DNA from: Podarcis cretensis | Lineage: Eukaryota | Direction of reading: 5' to 3' | NCBI GenBank assembly: GCA_951804945.1 | Contig: OX638149.1 | Span: 14,694,001-14,758,000, forward strand | Length of the DNA stretch: 64,000 nucleotides | In this document: piece by piece, positions 60,756 through 64,000 of the stretch | Layout of the letters: every line of letters begins with the position of its first letter | How positions within the stretch are numbered: position 1 is the first letter of the stretch | Made by a program: the position numbers and the translations under genes | Notes under the pieces: model-generated | Seen by the model: only the letters and a program-made list of their open reading frames with translations | Database searches by the model: none | What the model was told of the DNA's origin: nothing

Positions 60756-61088
60756 AAAGGTAAAGGTAAAGGGACCCCTGACCACTAGGTCCAGTCGTGG
60801 CCGACTCTGGGGTTGCGGCGCTCATCTCGCTTTATTGGCCGAGGGAGCTTCCGGGTCATGTGGCCAGCATGACTAAGCCACTTCTAGCGAACCAGAACAG
60901 CACACAGAAACGCCGTTTACCTTCCCGCCAGAGTGGTACCTATTTATCTACTTGCACTTTGACGTGCTTTCGAACTGGTAGGTTGGCAGGAGCTGGGACC
61001 GAGCAACGGGAGTTCACTCCGTCGCATGGATTCAAACCGCCGACCTTCTCATCGGCAAGTCCTAGGCTCTGAGGTTTAACCCACAGTG
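60756..61088 (-). mobile_element. Sauria SINE
   Basis: AAAGGTAAAGGTAAAGGGACCCC tail on the plus strand; 12-bp TSD with one mismatch GTGCCAAATGTA/GTGCCAATTGTA (60744-60755, 61086-61097). Confidence 0.92.
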
Positions 61089-61189
61089 CCAATTGTAGTC
61101 CTCTGCTTTCCTTTGGACCACATCAGCGAGATGGAAAGGAGGATCTTGTCGCCTGGGCAGCCGAGGACCTCCATGCACACTGCCCAGCC

Positions 61190-61377
61190 CATAGCTGTCA
61201 ACCTTCCCTTTTTTTGCGGGAAATTCCCTTATTCCAGCGCCGTTCCCCGCTGCTTCCCGGTGCTATCCCAGATTGTTAGATACCCCGTAGACTGTCCCCG
61301 GGACAGGTGAGGCTGCTGATCCCTTATTTTCGAGGCTGCTGATCCCTTATTTTCAAATCTGAAAGTTGACAGCTATG
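61190..61377. mobile_element. hAT MITE
   Basis: Perfect 13-bp TIR CATAGCTGTCAAC/GTTGACAGCTATG; perfect 8-bp TSD GCCCAGCC; internal 23-bp tandem duplication GAGGCTGCTGATCCCTTATTTTC. Confidence 0.92.
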
Positions 61378-62737
61378 GCCCAGCCTTGTGCCCCAGGGAG
61401 GTCACTGCGGTGCTACAAATGCAGCAAAAATAATGCAGGAGGCAGCAGCAGTTAAGAGATAAGGGAGGGAGAAGGAATGGAGTAAAAAGGAATGGAAGAC
61501 TTGAACAGAAGGGAGTTTAAGGTACTATCTGGAAGGCCACATCAGCAGATCTTGGGAGGCCTACCAGCACAAAGATTTGGAACAGGTGACTTCAATGGAT
61601 CATCTAAACCTGTGATGGAGAACCTGTGGACCTCCAAATATTGTTGAACTCCCATCACACCTAGCCCTGATCTAAGCCTGATAGTCCTGTAAGATGCTTC
61701 CCAAACCACCATGTCCGCCTGATAAGCCGTTTTGTCTTTCCTATATTCTGTACACAGCCACAATAATAAGCAATAAAAAGGAAGCCATGTCGGCAAAGGT
61801 CCATCGCCGGACAAGGTTAAAACCATGACCAGAGGCAGACAAGAGGAATAAAACGGAGACCCTTTGTTATAGGTAATGCACTGTTAAACTGTCCGACAAG
61901 CATGAAAACATGGAAAACGATAAGCAGAACCCTTTTTGTTTTACGGCATTATTCGGTGGCTGGCAGAACGGTTTATCTGCTTCAGTTATAACTGTCAGGA
62001 ATTATTTCTCAGTCGCGCATCATCTACAAGCACTATCTGTTTTAAGAGGAACAAACCAAGCGGGCACATTTGTAGCATCTTTCCACATGAGCAGCCAAAA
62101 GAACCGAGTAAAAACATTGATTTCTTTTGGAGGGGGGAGAGAGACACCTACAAACAAACATATAAAAGCCTTCACAGATACACACCACATTTCATATAGC
62201 TCACATTTTCACAAGTGTTTTCATTCTCAGAGGAGATAGCTACTTTTATTTTATTTTTTTTAACCTCCTGCAAAGCCGTGTGTGCAAATAGATCTTTGCC
62301 TGTTCTGGCAACCTGATTTAGAACCCACACCCAGTTATATAAATACCCAGTTATTCATATTGAGGGCATGGTGATTAACACAAGGGGGTCATTAAGACAA
62401 CCCTTCCCTATTTAAACCAGAGGTGTTCTACAGAGATTATGCTTGCAGCTCCCACCCGGCTTTCTAACCTCAAAGCTACGGTCTCTCCAGCCGCAATGAA
62501 GTCTATCCACTTAGAACTATAGAGCTGGAAGGGACCAAATCTACTCCAGCCCCCTGCCCCTCCCCATATGATCAGACCGGGACCCTGTGCTTGTCATCCA
62601 AGGTCCTTCTCTATGTACCTCCATCCCAGAGAGGTTCAGAAGGTGGCAACAGGAGAACAGGCCTTTTCTGTAGTGGCTCCCCAATTGTGGAAGACTCGCC
62701 TGGCGCCATCGTTACATGTCTTCACGGGACATGTATT

Positions 62738-63310
62738 TATGGGACCTCGTATTTATGGGACTGCCTCTCCTGGTATCCCCCACAGAGGACCTTAAGGTCC
62801 ATGAATAATCATAGTTTAGAGGTCCCGGGCCCTAAGGAAGTCAGATTATCCTCCACCAGGGCCAGGGCCTTCTCAGTGATGGCTCCAACCTGGTGAAATG
62901 CTCTGTCCTATGAGACCAGGGCCCTGCAGGATTTAACTTCCTTCCGCAGGGCCTGTAAGACAGAGCTATTCCACCTGGCTTTCAATTTGAACTTAGTCTG
63001 ATCTTTTATTCCCCTTCCTTCCCTCCCCCTCCCCTTTTTATGAAGATTACCTGCTCTGGGATCCCACAGCTAATTCTCCCCTGGTCTCCTCACTGGCTCA
63101 AATAGGACTAATTTAGCCAGCTAGCCCTGGTGATCATCTAATGTTTATTGGATGGATTTTCGCCCTAAATTGATTTTTGAATTCTGAATTTATTGTTATT
63201 CACGTTTTATACTGTATTTTATGCTGTTTTTCGTTGCATCAATTAAGTGTTTTAAATTTGTTGTTAGCTGCCCTGAGCCCAGTTTTTTGAACCAGGAAGG
63301 GCGGGGTATA

Positions 63311-63346
<36 letters not shown>
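62738..63346 (+). mobile_element. L2 3' fragment with (TAA)n tail
   Basis: GTSYLWDCLSWYPPQRTLRS...RARAFSVMAPTW; related to 50665-51284; an older L2 scrap precedes it at about 62590-62700. Confidence 0.88.
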
Positions 63347-63347
<1 letters not shown>

Positions 63348-63572
63348 CCAGGCAAAAACATTCCTCTTTACCCAGGCCTATGGCTATTAAATCATCTACG
63401 GCCTGGGAAAGTGTGGAGGAGAGGACTGCTATTATGAGGACTGTTTTATTATTGGGCTGCCTATCAGTATGCTTGTTATTAGGTTTTTATTACATTTTAA
63501 TACATCTGTAATGTGTTTTTAATGTTGTACACCGACCTGGGATCTTCTGAAAAAGGCCGGTATATAAATTAA

Positions 63573-63605
<33 letters not shown>

Positions 63606-63760
63606 AACAGGGTCTGCATGGCTTCAGGACATGCTAAAACACTATGTAGCCTATTTAGTCAATTATCCAGTTTCCCACCACAGCCAACCAGAAATGCCTA
63701 TGAAACTCACAAAGTGGACAATGGGATGTGAGGGAACAGCCCTCTCCTGATCTCCTGATA

Positions 63761-63973
63761 CAGTGGTACCTCGAGTGAAGAACTTAATTCGTTCTGGAGG
63801 TCCGTTCTTAACCTGAAACTGTTCTTAACCTGAAGCACCACTTTAGCTAATGGGGCCTCCCGCTGCTGCTGTGCCGCCGGAGCACGATTTCTGTTCTCAT
63901 CCTGAAGCAAAGTTCTTAACCCAAGGTTAGCAGAGTCTGTAACCTGAAGCATCTGTAACCTGAGGTACCACTG
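63761..63973. mobile_element. Tc1/mariner-type MITE
   Basis: TA-CAGTGGTACCTC ... GAGGTACCACTG-TA. Confidence 0.9.
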
Positions 63974-64000
63974 TATTGTTATCCACTGACTGGTATTCAG

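Larger units (their letters stand above)
60545..61428 (+). repeat. Unclassified dispersed repeat, copy 3, split by a Sauria SINE and a hAT MITE
   Basis: Collinear with the copies at 19340 and 54290. Confidence 0.75.

Noticed and set aside
17401-61072. Recurrent similar short ORFs (PGHVASMTKPLLANQSS...)
   Set aside because: Translations of Sauria SINE copies, not a gene family.
1-64000. CRISPR array or prokaryotic defence system
   Set aside because: No regularly spaced repeat-spacer structure; the window is eukaryotic intron-exon DNA.

Overview
Vertebrate genomic DNA, almost certainly from a squamate and probably a lacertid lizard, judged from Sauria SINE, Squam3-type SINE and BovB content (inference). 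The whole window lies inside KIF26A (kinesin-11 family) on the minus strand. I could place nine GT-AG coding exons with mutually compatible phases (59034-58868, 27328-27145, 12312-12103, 9694-9601, 7628-7366, 7096-6913, 6310-6151, 4878-4716, 3679-370; 4735 nt in total). Several of these are not translated in their coding frame by the ORF track. The first and last exons of the gene lie outside the window. The introns are dense with mobile DNA: SINEs, L2, CR1, BovB, L1, Penelope, solo LTRs, hAT and Tc1/mariner MITEs, several with clean target-site duplications (TSDs) and nesting. The most notable structures are: (1) a Penelope-like insertion carrying an intact minimal hammerhead ribozyme about 20 nt from a splice donor; (2) an L1 insertion with both a 5' twin-priming inversion and an apparent ~265-bp 3' transduction inside a 17-bp TSD; (3) a young L2 whose ORF end is replaced by a 153-bp inverted, templated copy of its own RT core; (4) a 5S-rRNA-like and a tRNA-Asn-like Pol III head, each fused to the same CR1 tail, one of them forming a ~50-bp hairpin; (5) several TE-free, motif-dense intronic blocks that look like enhancers. 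I see no evidence of a new protein-coding system. Repeat family names are from recall of consensus sequences, not from a database search.
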